NCBI RefSeq assembly: GCF_013004595.1
Contig: NZ_JABEMC010000003.1
Coordinates: 186,001 to 250,000 of the forward strand
From: Brevibacterium luteolum
Lineage (GTDB): Bacteria > Actinomycetota > Actinomycetes > Actinomycetales > Brevibacteriaceae
Direction: 5' to 3'
Length of the DNA stretch: 64,000 nt
The notes beneath the pieces are model-generated. The model was not told the DNA's origin and made no database searches. It saw only the letters and a list, made by a program, of their open reading frames with translations. Position numbers and translations under genes: made by a program. Of this stretch, positions 1-10,420 are shown one piece after another (within the stretch, counting starts at the first letter, position 1; each line of letters opens with the position of its first letter).

Positions 1-153
1 CCTGCGCCGCCTGTCTCACGGGCTGGTGACCGAGGTGTCGGACGACCGCTCCCGAGGTGTGGGGCACGCTAGGCTGACAGCGGCGGCTTCCAGCATCCCG
101 GCAGCAGCCGGAGAGCACGGTCTGGAGACGACCGGATCAATGGGGGAGACGAG

Positions 154-1797
154 ATGGCCCGAGTCACGCGCACCGGCTGGGTGCTCGCCGCTGTTGCGGC
201 GGCAGCCATGGCGGCGGTGCTCATCATCATCGCCGGCATCAATCCGCAGCTGGGCTCCTCCCCGCTCGACACAGCCAAGCGCGCCGCACAGTCCTTCGCC
301 GATGACGCCGTGGCGGCAGGTCCCTGGACGGATCCGGCCGCCGCCGGCCGGGCACACGATCAGCTCCAGCACCAGCTGCGCCCTGCCGGCCTGCACGCAC
401 CGGTGGCCGTGAAGGTCATCGAGCTTGCCGAGATCGATTCGTCCCGGCAGCGGGCGACCCTGTCGTGGGCGTGGCTGACGAACCCGCGTTCACGCACCCA
501 GGTCCCGGACTGGTCCTACACCTCCGAGGTCGATGTGGTGAAGGACCAGCTGTCGTGGAAGGCCGAGTACCGGCCTGAGGTCGTCCACCCGCAGCTGCAT
601 GACGACGCTGAGATCACCGCAGAGGTCGAAGCAGCGCCGCGGGCGAAGATCCTCGGATCCGGCGATGAAGTGCTCACCAGCGTCGAACCGGTCATCAGTG
701 TCGGGGTCGAACCGGCCCGCACCGATGATCCCGCCCAGACAGCAGACGACACCGCAGCCGCACTCGCCGGGATCACTGACATCGACGCCCAAGCGCTGAC
801 CAGCCGCATCGAAGCGGCAGCCGAACACGCCTTCGTCCCGGTCGTCACGATCCGCGCTGATGACTACCGCGATATCGCCGATGAGCTGCGCCCGATCCCC
901 GGCACCGTGTTCCGCAGCCAGGACATGTCCGTGCCCGTGCACCGCGGGCTGGCGCCCCTGCTGCTCGGCCGGGTGGGTGCTGCGACTGCCGAGGATCTGG
1001 AGGAGGACCCGCTGCTGCGCGACGGCGACCTCGTCGGCCAGTCGGGTCTGCAGAAGCTGTACCAAGCGGAGCTCTCCGGCCGCGCCGGTGTCGACCTGCA
1101 GGTCGATGGCGAGACGATCCTCAGCGTCGATGCCGTGCCGGCCCCGCCGGTGACGACCTCGATCGAACGCGATCTTCAGCAGCGTGCCGATGAAGCCGCC
1201 GCATCCGCCGGTGCACCAGTGGGCATCGTCGTCATCGACTCCGTGAGCGGAGAAGTCCGCGCAGTCGCCAACGCCGGCGGGGACTCAGGTTTCGACCGGG
1301 CGCTGAACGGCAGCTATCCGGACTCACCCGCCCACGCACTCACAACAGCCCTGGCGAAGGAACGCGGAGCCGCTGAGTCCGAGGTGCTCGCGGCGCTCGG
1401 CATCGAGCGGGTCGACCTGGGCATGCCGGCTGCCGTGTCGACGGGCGGGCAGCCGACCGGCAGCCCGGTGTCTGTCGCGATCGCCGCAGCCCGGGTGCTC
1501 ACCGGCCAGCAGCCAGCGGCCAGCCTCGTGCAGTCGGCCGGGGGAGAGGACCTGCCATCGCCGGCACCCGATGAGAGCCTGACGAAGGACGAACGCCAGA
1601 CACTGGAAGAACTCCTCGAACCCCACCTCGTCGACCTCACCGGCAGCGCGGGCACAGCAGAGGGCGAGACCGGCACGGTCGGCCCGTGGGCGATCGGGCA
1701 GCGCGGCGGACTCGTCGCAGCCGTCATCGTCGAACCAGCCGACGACGACCCGGCATCTGCCGGTGCCGTGCTCACCGAGGTGCTCACCGGCAGCTGA
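154..1797 (+). CDS. Class B penicillin-binding protein-like (N-terminal TM, MecA-N/dimerisation, shortened transpeptidase), catalytic motifs degenerate
   Basis: PBP-like segments APRAKIL, GQSGLQKLYQAELSG and VVIDSVSGEVRAVAN; SxxK reads SPAH and KTG reads SAG. Confidence 0.8.
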   Translation: MARVTRTGWVLAAVAAAAMAAVLIIIAGINPQLGSSPLDTAKRAAQSFADDAVAAGPWTDPAAAGRAHDQLQHQLRPAGLHAPVAVKVIELAEIDSSRQRATLSWAWLTNPRSRTQVPDWSYTSEVDVVKDQLSWKAEYRPEVVHPQLHDDAEITAEVEAAPRAKILGSGDEVLTSVEPVISVGVEPARTDDPAQTADDTAAALAGITDIDAQALTSRIEAAAEHAFVPVVTIRADDYRDIADELRPIPGTVFRSQDMSVPVHRGLAPLLLGRVGAATAEDLEEDPLLRDGDLVGQSGLQKLYQAELSGRAGVDLQVDGETILSVDAVPAPPVTTSIERDLQQRADEAAASAGAPVGIVVIDSVSGEVRAVANAGGDSGFDRALNGSYPDSPAHALTTALAKERGAAESEVLAALGIERVDLGMPAAVSTGGQPTGSPVSVAIAAARVLTGQQPAASLVQSAGGEDLPSPAPDESLTKDERQTLEELLEPHLVDLTGSAGTAEGETGTVGPWAIGQRGGLVAAVIVEPADDDPASAGAVLTEVLTGS

Positions 1798-1864
1798 CCG
1801 GGCTCTCACACTCAGGGCGTGTTGCCGCACCGGCAGCAGCCTGGGCAGCGGCTAGGCTGGGCTC

Positions 1865-2191
1865 ATGTCGAACTGCGTCATCGTCGTCTACACGCCCATC
1901 GACTCCGCTGATGCCGTGCGCGCAGCACTGGCTGCAGGCGGGGCCGGAGCCATCGGCGACTACACCGGTTGCTCCTTCTCCAGCCGCGGCACCGGCCGCT
2001 TCACCCCAGGCGCAGGCGCCAACCCGACGATCGGCGACATCGGCACCCCCGAGGAGGTCGCCGAAGAGCGCATCGAAGTCATCTGCCCAGCTGAGACCGC
2101 CGCGGCGGCACTCGACGCGATGCTCGCCGCCCACCCCTACGAGGAACCGGCCTATCACGTGATCCCGGTGATGACGCGTGCCGACTTCTGA
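1865..2191 (+). CDS. Stand-alone YqfO/Nif3 PII-like (CutA-like) domain protein
   Basis: AGAGAIGDYTGCSF..GTGRFTPG..ANPTIG..HPYEEPAY signature. Confidence 0.85.
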   Translation: MSNCVIVVYTPIDSADAVRAALAAGGAGAIGDYTGCSFSSRGTGRFTPGAGANPTIGDIGTPEEVAEERIEVICPAETAAAALDAMLAAHPYEEPAYHVIPVMTRADF

Positions 2192-3194
2192 CACCAGGCC
2201 ACGCCGCAGGCTCTCCACCGCAGCCGCGCTCGCAGGAAGCGCCCTGCTCCTCACCGGCTGCGGTATCACCGATGACTCCGGCAGCAGCAGCGAGCCGGCC
2301 CACGACTACACCGTCGACACCGAGGCCGCCGTCAAGGACAGCCCGATCTGGACGGAAGCCGATGATGCGGCGATGCTGCGCATCGGCGTGCCCTTCGACC
2401 AGCCGGGACTGGGATATCTCTCAGCAGGGAAGACGGTGCCCGCCGGGTTCCATGTCGAGATCGGCAGCCTCATCGCCGGGCGTCTCGGCTTCGCAGCCCA
2501 CCAGATCACGTGGGTCGACGCATCGGCAGACCCGATGTCCCTGCTCGACGGCGATCAACCGGCAGCCGACCTCCTCATCGATACCGATGGACAGCCCATC
2601 GAGGGACTCGAACCGGAGCCCGGAACCGACGCCACCGACTCGGCGGCGGACACCGCGCAGCCTGGCGAGGACGCGAGCGAACCCACCGAGGGCAGCGCAA
2701 CCGAGGGCCCGTCCACCGACGATCACACGATCCCAGCCGACCTGGCCGGGCCCTACCACCTCGGGGGTCAGGCGCTGCTGAGCCCGGCCGCATCAGATCT
2801 CGCCCAGTTCAGCAAGCTGACCGACCAGCAGGTATGCGCACTACCCGACTCACCGGGGAAGCAGGCGATCGAGGCCGAGACCACCGCTGCGGTCGTCGAA
2901 CGCGAATCGCTGACCGACTGCGCCGCCGCACTGACAGCCGGCGACGTCGATGCCGTCGTCGGACCCGACCTCGACCTGCAGGCACTCGCCGCGCAGGACC
3001 CGCAGGCGCTGACGCTGAGCGAGAACCGGCTGCGCCCGGCAGGATATTGGATCCGGATGCGCACCGAGGACCCCGCCCTGGCAGAGGCGATCGCCGATGG
3101 GATCGCCGGTGCGGCCGACGACGGCGAATGGTCCTACGCCGTCGAGGCGGCCTTCGGCAGCGACGTCGAGATGACCCCACCGCCGACACCGTGA
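2178..3194 (+). CDS. Lipoprotein, polar amino acid (GluB-like) ABC substrate-binding protein, divergent
   Basis: Lipobox LLLTGC; LRIGVPFDQPGLG..GFHVEI; LAGPY; acidic insertion. Confidence 0.7.
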   Translation: MPTSDTRPRRRLSTAAALAGSALLLTGCGITDDSGSSSEPAHDYTVDTEAAVKDSPIWTEADDAAMLRIGVPFDQPGLGYLSAGKTVPAGFHVEIGSLIAGRLGFAAHQITWVDASADPMSLLDGDQPAADLLIDTDGQPIEGLEPEPGTDATDSAADTAQPGEDASEPTEGSATEGPSTDDHTIPADLAGPYHLGGQALLSPAASDLAQFSKLTDQQVCALPDSPGKQAIEAETTAAVVERESLTDCAAALTAGDVDAVVGPDLDLQALAAQDPQALTLSENRLRPAGYWIRMRTEDPALAEAIADGIAGAADDGEWSYAVEAAFGSDVEMTPPPTP

Positions 3195-3233
3195 CCACGC
3201 CAGGCGCAGGCAAACCTGCATTAGGGTGGGAGC

Positions 3234-4829
3234 ATGAGCCAGATCACGCTGCGCAATGCGCGCCTGTTTGCCGCGGACCACTTCACCGCACCGACCACGC
3301 TGCACGTCAGCAACGGCCGGATCACCGCCATCGGAGACGATGCCGCAGTCGCACATGCTGGTAAGGACATCGATGTCGACGGCCAGTGCGTCATGCCGGG
3401 GTTCATCGAAAGCCATGGGCACCCGAGCATGTACGGCCGGACCCTCCTGCAGGTCGATGTGCGCCCCGATGTCGTCGACAGCATCGCCGACATCCAGAAA
3501 GCCATCCGCGACGCTGCGAACGGTGCTGAGCCCGGCGGGTGGATCCGCGGAGCTGGCTGGGATGAGACATACCTGGAAGACGACCGGATGCCCACACGCG
3601 CGGACCTCGACGCCGCGGCACCGGATCATCCGGTTGTGCTCACCCGCACCTGCCGGCACATGCTGCTGGTCAACTCAAAGGCACTCGAAGTCTGCGGCGT
3701 CGACGAAGATACCCCGGATCCGGCAGGCGGACGGCTCGTGAAGGACGGCAGCGGCCGGCTCACCGGGCTGTGCCAGGAGAAGGCGATGGACCTCATCACC
3801 GTCCCCGACTACGAACCCGACGAACTGTCCGGCGGATTCGCCCGCGCCCAGCAGCAGTTCCTCGACTGGGGCATCACCACCGTCCATGACATGTCCACCA
3901 GCCGCACCGACCTGCGCCTGTACACCAAGCTCGCCGACAGCCGGCAGCTGAGCATCCGCCTGCGGCCATGGCTGTGGGCGCTGACCCAGATGGGCTACGA
4001 CGGGATCCTCGACGCCGCCCTTGCCGCCGGAGTCACCAGCGGGCTCGGTGATGACTGGATGCGCATCCAGGGTGCGAAGTTCGTCCTGGACGGGGGAGTG
4101 GGAGGCAAGACCGCCGCACTGTGCTGCCCGTACGAGCACAGCGACGAGACCGGGATCCTCTACATCGATGATGAGACGCTGACCGGGCACCTACGCGAGG
4201 CGGTGGCAGGCGGGCTGCGCCTGGCGATCCACAGCATCGGTGACGCCGCCATCGCACAAGCCCGGCGCGCGCTGAAGAACATCGGTGACGACGAGGCGGT
4301 GCGCACCCGGCGCACCCGCATCGAACACTGCACCCTGCCGGCCGATGAGGACCTCGACTTCCTCGCCGAATGGAACATCATCGCCTGCTCCTCTGTCGGA
4401 TTCATCTACCACCTCGGCGACTCCTACCTCAAGGTGCTCGGGCGGGACCGGATGCCGCGGGTCTACCCGCACCGATCCTTCATCGACCGCGGGATCATCG
4501 CGCCGGGCAACTCCGACGTGCCGGTCACCAACGGCAACCCGTGGGAGGGCATCTACGGGGCAGTGACCCGGACGACGAAGACCGGGCAGGTCCTCGATGC
4601 CGAACAGAACATCACCCTGGCCGAGGCGATCCGCGCCTACACCTCGGACGCGGCCTACACCTCCTTCGAAGAGGACACACTTGGCACCCTGGCTCCCGGC
4701 GCACACGCCGACTTCCAGCTCTACGACCGCAACCCCTTCGACCTCAACCCTGAGGAGTGGCTCGACCTCACCCCCAGCGCGGTCTACGTCGCAGGGGAGA
4801 AACAACCCCTGAGCCGCGAGCATCCCTGA
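3234..4829 (+). CDS. YtcJ-like amidohydrolase (family 3)
   Basis: PGFIESHGH, IHSIGD, RIEH, NSDVPV, GTLAPGAHADF motifs. Confidence 0.9.
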   Translation: MSQITLRNARLFAADHFTAPTTLHVSNGRITAIGDDAAVAHAGKDIDVDGQCVMPGFIESHGHPSMYGRTLLQVDVRPDVVDSIADIQKAIRDAANGAEPGGWIRGAGWDETYLEDDRMPTRADLDAAAPDHPVVLTRTCRHMLLVNSKALEVCGVDEDTPDPAGGRLVKDGSGRLTGLCQEKAMDLITVPDYEPDELSGGFARAQQQFLDWGITTVHDMSTSRTDLRLYTKLADSRQLSIRLRPWLWALTQMGYDGILDAALAAGVTSGLGDDWMRIQGAKFVLDGGVGGKTAALCCPYEHSDETGILYIDDETLTGHLREAVAGGLRLAIHSIGDAAIAQARRALKNIGDDEAVRTRRTRIEHCTLPADEDLDFLAEWNIIACSSVGFIYHLGDSYLKVLGRDRMPRVYPHRSFIDRGIIAPGNSDVPVTNGNPWEGIYGAVTRTTKTGQVLDAEQNITLAEAIRAYTSDAAYTSFEEDTLGTLAPGAHADFQLYDRNPFDLNPEEWLDLTPSAVYVAGEKQPLSREHP

Positions 4830-4867
4830 GCTAGACTCATCACCACCGACCCCAGGAGGAGTTCCCC

Positions 4868-5188
4868 ATGGAAGACCCTGTTCTCGTCAGCAATCCCGTC
4901 GAGGTCGTCGACAACCTCTCGCGCGACCGGTTCGAACTCTGGCTCTCCGGCCCGGAGCGGACCTTCGTCGGATTCCTCGGCTACACGATGCCCGAACCCG
5001 GGGTCTACGAACTCCAGCACACGATCATCGACGAGGCCTTCGGCCGGCAGGGCTACGCGCGCACACTCGTGACCAAGGTGCTCCAGCAGCTTCAGGAGCG
5101 CGATCAGAAGATCATCCCGATGTGCTCCTATGTCGACCGCTACCTCGAGCGCTTCCCGCAGTACCGCGGACTCGTCGCCGAACAGTGA
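4868..5188 (+). CDS. YjdJ-like GNAT acetyltransferase
   Basis: HTIIDEAFGRQGYA..IIPMCSYV; AGGAGG RBS. Confidence 0.85.
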   Translation: MEDPVLVSNPVEVVDNLSRDRFELWLSGPERTFVGFLGYTMPEPGVYELQHTIIDEAFGRQGYARTLVTKVLQQLQERDQKIIPMCSYVDRYLERFPQYRGLVAEQ

Positions 5189-5251
5189 ATTTAGGCCGTC
5201 TGAACTGAACGGCGGCTGTCTGCGGGCACAAGAGCAGCTGCCTGTGGGCAC

Positions 5252-5280
5252 AAAAATGCCCCGCTCACATGGAGCGGGGC
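5252..5280 (-). terminator. Intrinsic terminator of tRNA-Asn
   Basis: GCCCCGCTC/GAGCGGGGC stem followed by a T-tract on the minus strand. Confidence 0.8.
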
Positions 5281-5282
5281 TG

Positions 5283-5358
5283 TGGCTCCCCCGGCTGGGC
5301 TCGAACCAGCGACCCTTCGATTAACAGTCGAATGCTCTGCCAACTGAGCTACGGAGGA
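5283..5358 (-). tRNA. tRNA-Asn(GTT), CCA encoded
   Basis: Cloverleaf with acceptor TCCTCCG/CGGGGGA, anticodon arm TTCGA-CTGTTAA-TCGAA and T-loop GGTTCGAG. Confidence 0.97.
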
Positions 5359-5565
5359 ATAGCGTCATCGTGATGATCACGCGAGAAACAACTCTAGCAC
5401 CGGGATCGCGCAGTTCTCAAATCACCCCGGCGGTGACGTACCTCACGTCCAGGCAGGCCGGCTTTGAGGGTCTCCCGGCGCGGGGTGCGTGACTGAACCC
5501 GGCATGTGAGTCTCCGCCCCGCGCCGTGTGAACCTCACCTGCGGGCCGCGGGCTACACTGGCCGG

Positions 5566-6477
5566 GTGACGACCCTACTGGCCATCAGCCTGGCGCTGTT
5601 CGCAGCGATCGCGCTGGCGTACGCCGCGCTGCTGCAGCACAGCGGCGTCAACCAGCGCGAGGAGGACTCCACCCGCTTCCGGGTCCAGGAGTTCGCCCGC
5701 ATCCTCAGAAACCGCACCTGGCTGCTCGGGCTCATCGTCCTCATCCTCGGCAACGCCGCCAACATCATCGCCCTGGCCATCGCCCCGGTCATGGTCGTCC
5801 AGCCGATCGGGGCGGTCGCACTCATCACCGCCGTCATCCTCGCCGTCGTCCACCGCGGCCTGGCACTTACCCGCACGATCGTCCTCGCCGTGGCCGCCTG
5901 TGGCCTCTCCCTTGCCGCCTTCGTCGCCGTGGCCGCTGTCATCGGCCGCTACGAGGTCCACTACGGGGCCAGCGCGCATCGCGTCGCCTGGATCGCGCTG
6001 GTGCTCACCGTCGTCTTCGGCATCATCATCCTCGTGCGCAACCACCCACCGCAGCTGCTGCTCATCACCGGTTCCGGACTGCTCTTCGCCACCGTCGCGA
6101 CGAATGTGCACATCATCTCCAACCAGTTCTTCGACTCCGGGCTCGGCGGGATCACCTGGTTCAACGTCATCAGCCTCGCTTTGGCCGGGATCATCGGCTC
6201 ATGGTTCGTCCAGGCCGCCTATGCCGCCGGGCCACCGGAGATGGTCATCGCCGGGCTGACCGTCATCGACCCGATCTTCGCAGTCCTTCTCGGCTCGATT
6301 GTGCTCGGTGAGGCGATGGAGGCCTCGATCCTCCAGCTCGTGCTCATGGCCGTCACCGGGGCGATCGCCTGCTGGGCGGTCATCGCACTGTCCCGGTATC
6401 ATCCAGACGTGGTGGCCAAGGAGCGCCAGCGCATGAACGACAAGTACGGCACCCACCCCGATGAGGACGATCGTTGA
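5566..6477 (+). CDS. DMT-like integral membrane protein
   Basis: About 9 TM segments, ALAIAPVMVVQPIG and QAAYAAGPPEMVIAGLTVIDP; GTG start 6 nt after TACACT. Confidence 0.8.
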   Translation: MTTLLAISLALFAAIALAYAALLQHSGVNQREEDSTRFRVQEFARILRNRTWLLGLIVLILGNAANIIALAIAPVMVVQPIGAVALITAVILAVVHRGLALTRTIVLAVAACGLSLAAFVAVAAVIGRYEVHYGASAHRVAWIALVLTVVFGIIILVRNHPPQLLLITGSGLLFATVATNVHIISNQFFDSGLGGITWFNVISLALAGIIGSWFVQAAYAAGPPEMVIAGLTVIDPIFAVLLGSIVLGEAMEASILQLVLMAVTGAIACWAVIALSRYHPDVVAKERQRMNDKYGTHPDEDDR

Positions 6478-7682
6478 CTGAGACCGAGCAGAGCACTGCC
6501 CCGGCTGACCGCACCACCCTGCGCATCTGCATCCCCACTGAGACCTACGCTCCCGAGGTCAACGGTGCCGCGACCTTCGCGCAGACCCTGGCGACCGGGC
6601 TGGCCGCCCGCGGTCACGAGGTGCACGTCATCTGCCCCTCGGCCACCGAGACCCCGTCGACGGCGTGGGAGGACGGCGTGCTCGTCCACCGCATCCGCTC
6701 CCACCGCTGGTACCTGCACCCGACGTGGACGATCTGCATGCCCTGGGAGACCAAGCCCGAGGTGTCCCGCCTGCTCGATCTCATCCGTCCCGATGTCGTG
6801 CACACGCAGGCGCACTTCGTCATCGGCCGCTATGCGCTCAGCGAATCCCGCAAGCGCGGCATCCCGGTGGTGGCGACGAACCACTTCATGCCCGACAACG
6901 TCCGTCCCTACGTCAATGCTTCCGAGCGGCTGCTGCGCTATGGCAGCGCGGCCGCCTGGTGGGATCTGCGCCGGTCGTTCGAGAAGGCCGATTACCTCAC
7001 TGTGCCGACCCAGCTGTCAGCCGATCTGCTGACGGAGAACGGGTTCCGCAGCTCGATCCAGGCGGTGTCCTGCGGTATTGACCTGTCCCATTTCTTCGCA
7101 GCCGATGATGTCGACCAGACGCACCCGACGGTGCTGTTCGTCGGCCGGCTGTCACTGGAGAAGAACATCGGCGACATCATCGCAGCCCTCGCTGCGGCCG
7201 ACCCGAGCCTCAACTTGCATGCCGAGATCATCGGCGCCGGTTCCGAAGCCGAGCCGCTGCGCGCCCAGGCGGCCGAGCTCGGGGTGGCCGATCGGGTGCG
7301 GCTGCGCGGCAAGGTCAGCGACGAGGAGCTTGTGAAGGCCTATCAGGAGGCGACGTTCTTCTGCATGCCCAGCACCGCCGAACTGCAGAGCATCGCGACC
7401 CTGGAGGCGATGGCCTCCGGCAAGCCGGTCGTGCTCGCCGATGCGGTGGCGCTGCCGCACCTGTGCCGGCATGGCGAGAACGGCTACCTGTTCGAACCAC
7501 GCAATATCGAGGCGCTGACCGATGCGTTCACCCGGCTGCTGACGATGAGCGCTGCGGACCGGCAGCAGATGGGGGATGCCTCCCGGAGGCTCGTGGCCCG
7601 CCACGATGTCCGCCACACGCTTGACACCTTCGAATCGATCTACCGGCAGGTGATCGCCGAGGCTCAGTCGGCGGCTGGCTGA
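6474..7682 (+). CDS. GT4 (GT-B) glycosyltransferase, probably glycolipid synthesis
   Basis: ETYAPEVNG, FVGRLSLEKN, ELQSIATLEAMASG. Confidence 0.9.
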   Translation: MTETEQSTAPADRTTLRICIPTETYAPEVNGAATFAQTLATGLAARGHEVHVICPSATETPSTAWEDGVLVHRIRSHRWYLHPTWTICMPWETKPEVSRLLDLIRPDVVHTQAHFVIGRYALSESRKRGIPVVATNHFMPDNVRPYVNASERLLRYGSAAAWWDLRRSFEKADYLTVPTQLSADLLTENGFRSSIQAVSCGIDLSHFFAADDVDQTHPTVLFVGRLSLEKNIGDIIAALAAADPSLNLHAEIIGAGSEAEPLRAQAAELGVADRVRLRGKVSDEELVKAYQEATFFCMPSTAELQSIATLEAMASGKPVVLADAVALPHLCRHGENGYLFEPRNIEALTDAFTRLLTMSAADRQQMGDASRRLVARHDVRHTLDTFESIYRQVIAEAQSAAG

Positions 7683-8701
7683 GCCCAGTCGGCCGGATCG
7701 AAGACCGCAGGCTCGCCGGTCATGGCGTCCAGGTCGAACTCATCCCGCGCCTGCTCCAGGTCAGCCCACGGACCGAAGCCCAGCGAGCTGCCGAGCCAGG
7801 CGAAGAAGTCGAACCCCGTGCTGGCCAGGTCGCCGAGGGTCACCGCACCGTCGCGCTTGGCCAGCCGCTGACCGCCGGGCCCGAGCACGAGCGGCACATG
7901 CACCCACTCGATCCCCGCATGCCCAGACTCCGTGCCGACAAGCTGCGGGCAGACGAGGTCCAGCAGCCTGGCGAAGAACACCTGGCGCGGAGTCGAGGAC
8001 GCCAGATCATCAGCCCTGACCACCTGGTCGATGCCCATCGCCAGATCATCGACGACGACGGCCAGATGATAGGAGTGCACACCATCACCGCGGCGCAGCA
8101 CGAAATCATCGATGAACCCGCGGACGTCACCGAGCAGCACATCGGCGACCACCACCTCGGGACCGGACGGGCTCACCGGCACCTCCAGCAGCCCGGCTGC
8201 CGCCTGCGCATCCAAGCGCAGGGCCGGCTGCCGGCCGTTGCCGGCCAGCCGGGTGCGCTCAGCCTCACGGACAGACCCGGTCAGGTTCCGGCAGGTGCCC
8301 GGGTAGGCACCCGGGGGAGTGTGCGGAGCCGAGGGCGCGGACTGGATGTCCTTGCGCGAGCAGTAGCACTCATGAACCAGCCCGGCCGTGTTGAGTGCTT
8401 CGATGACGGCTGCATACAGTTCGGTGCGCTCTGACTGGATGACGAGCGGGCCATCGGGGGTGACGCCGAGTGAGGCGAAGTCGGCCAGTTGCTGCTCGGC
8501 AGCCCCGGCCTGCACCCGGTCGAGATCTTCGATCCGCCAGCGGAAGGCCCGGCCCGTGGAGTGTGCGCACAGCCAGGCGAGGACTCCGGTGCGCAGATTG
8601 CCGATGTGCAGCCGGCCGCTCGGGCTCGGGGCGTACCGGCCGGCACCCCGCGCGGCAGGTGCGGTCTCGGCGTGCGGGGCAGATGGCGGGAAGCTGTCCA
8701 T
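7664..8701 (-). CDS. gluQ: Glutamyl-Q tRNA(Asp) synthetase
   Basis: RYAPSPSGRLHIGN, RIEDLD, CYCSR..YPGTC, RLAKRDG; no anticodon-binding domain. Confidence 0.9.
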   Translation of the reverse strand: MDSFPPSAPHAETAPAARGAGRYAPSPSGRLHIGNLRTGVLAWLCAHSTGRAFRWRIEDLDRVQAGAAEQQLADFASLGVTPDGPLVIQSERTELYAAVIEALNTAGLVHECYCSRKDIQSAPSAPHTPPGAYPGTCRNLTGSVREAERTRLAGNGRQPALRLDAQAAAGLLEVPVSPSGPEVVVADVLLGDVRGFIDDFVLRRGDGVHSYHLAVVVDDLAMGIDQVVRADDLASSTPRQVFFARLLDLVCPQLVGTESGHAGIEWVHVPLVLGPGGQRLAKRDGAVTLGDLASTGFDFFAWLGSSLGFGPWADLEQARDEFDLDAMTGEPAVFDPADWAQPAAD

Positions 8702-8788
8702 GCGCCCATCGTAACGAGGCGCTGGCTGCCCGAGGCAGTGACTGGCGAGTATTGCCAGGCCAGAGGCCGGGGGTGTAGGAATGGAGAA

Positions 8789-10267
8789 ATGGCAGACAAA
8801 CGGCACGCGGAGGCACAGGCAGGGTCAGCGCAGACTCCGAAGATGAGCGACGATCAGCGCCGCATCCTCCTCATCGCCCTCGTGCCGCTGTTCATGTCGC
8901 TGCTGTCCGTGTCGATCGTCAACGTCGTGCTGCCGGCCATCGGCAGCTCCCTCGACGCCTCGAATACCGCCCTGCAGTGGGTGCTCACCGGCTACACGCT
9001 GACCTTCGGCGTCATCCTCGTCCCGGCCGGGCGCGCCGGTGACCTGTTCGGCCGCGGCAGGCTCTTCATCGCCGGTCTCATCGTCTTCGGCATCGCCTCA
9101 CTGCTCGCCGGATTCGCCCCGAACCCGCTCGTGCTCAACCTCGCCCGGCTGCTTATGGGCGTCGGCTCCGGGCTGCTGAATCCGCAGGTCGTCGGGCTCA
9201 TCCAGCAGTACTTCTCCGGCGCCGCCCGCGGCAAGGCCTTCGGGCTCATGGGCTCAGCGATCGGCGTGTCCGTCGCCGTCGGACCGGCACTCGGCGGAGT
9301 GCTCGTGCGGTTCTTCGGCGAAGACCTCGGCTGGCGCATGTCCTTCCTCATCAACGTGCCCTTCGTCATCCTCGCCGTGACCCTGGCGATCATCTTCTTC
9401 CCGCGCTCAGCCTGGGAGCCGCCACAGACCACCACCGCACCGGGTGACAAACCCGACCTCGACCTCGTCGGCGTCGCCCTGCTGGGCATGGGCACCCTCG
9501 GCGTGCTCGTGCCGCTGCTCGTCGGCAAGGCAGCACTTGCCTACCTCGCCCTCGGCGTGCTCGGCATCGCCCTCATCATCGCCTGGGTGATGTGGGAGAA
9601 CCGCTACAAGCGGCGCGGCCGCAGCCCGATGGTCGACATGGACCTCTTCCGCACCCGCACCTTCGCCAATGGTGCTCTGCTCATCTCCCTGTACTTCTTC
9701 GGCACCACCAGCGTGTGGGTCGTCATCGCCGTCTACGCCCAGAACGGACTCGGCTTCACCGCCCTCCAAGCCGGGCTCATCGGCCTGCCGGCTGCGATCT
9801 GCTCGGCGATCTCGTCTGCGATCGCCGGACAGTACGTCATCCGCCTCGGCCGCCCGCTCGTGCTCGTCGGCATGGCACTGGCGTTCTTCGGGTTGCTGGC
9901 CGGCATCGGCTCGGTCATCATGCACGACACCGCCGGCTGGCCCTTCGCCCTCGTCGTCATCGCCGTGTCCTTCATCGGCATCGCCCAGGGCCTGGTCATC
10001 AGCCCCAACCAGACACTCGCGCTCGTCGACGTGCCGCTCACCTACGCCGGGGCCGCTGGTGGTGTGCTGCAGACCGGGCAGCGGATGGGCACCGCCATGG
10101 GCCTGGCAGTCGTGACCTCAGTGTTCTTCGCCGTGCAGGCCGGCTACGGGTGGACCGCGGCCTTCAGCGCAGCCTTCGCCGTCATCGCCATCGTCGTCAC
10201 CGCCTCGGCGGTGGTCGGCATCGTCGACTGGCGGCAGGGTCGGCACGCGGCCGCGGCGCGCAGCTGA
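8789..10267 (+). CDS. DHA2-type MFS efflux transporter
   Basis: About 14 TM; LQWVLTGYTLTFG, GRAGDLFGR. Confidence 0.9.
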   Translation: MADKRHAEAQAGSAQTPKMSDDQRRILLIALVPLFMSLLSVSIVNVVLPAIGSSLDASNTALQWVLTGYTLTFGVILVPAGRAGDLFGRGRLFIAGLIVFGIASLLAGFAPNPLVLNLARLLMGVGSGLLNPQVVGLIQQYFSGAARGKAFGLMGSAIGVSVAVGPALGGVLVRFFGEDLGWRMSFLINVPFVILAVTLAIIFFPRSAWEPPQTTTAPGDKPDLDLVGVALLGMGTLGVLVPLLVGKAALAYLALGVLGIALIIAWVMWENRYKRRGRSPMVDMDLFRTRTFANGALLISLYFFGTTSVWVVIAVYAQNGLGFTALQAGLIGLPAAICSAISSAIAGQYVIRLGRPLVLVGMALAFFGLLAGIGSVIMHDTAGWPFALVVIAVSFIGIAQGLVISPNQTLALVDVPLTYAGAAGGVLQTGQRMGTAMGLAVVTSVFFAVQAGYGWTAAFSAAFAVIAIVVTASAVVGIVDWRQGRHAAAARS

Positions 10268-10420
10268 AGCACAAAGCGCAAGGCGACCTGTCAGGCAGAT
10301 TGCCACCGGACGTTCATCTGCCGGTGAGTGCCGTGTCGCCGGGTACTCGCTAGGCTAGACGCAAGCCGGCGTCTTCGGTCGCTGCGCGCCGCACATCCCC
10401 CGTCCAGCGAGCAGGAGACC

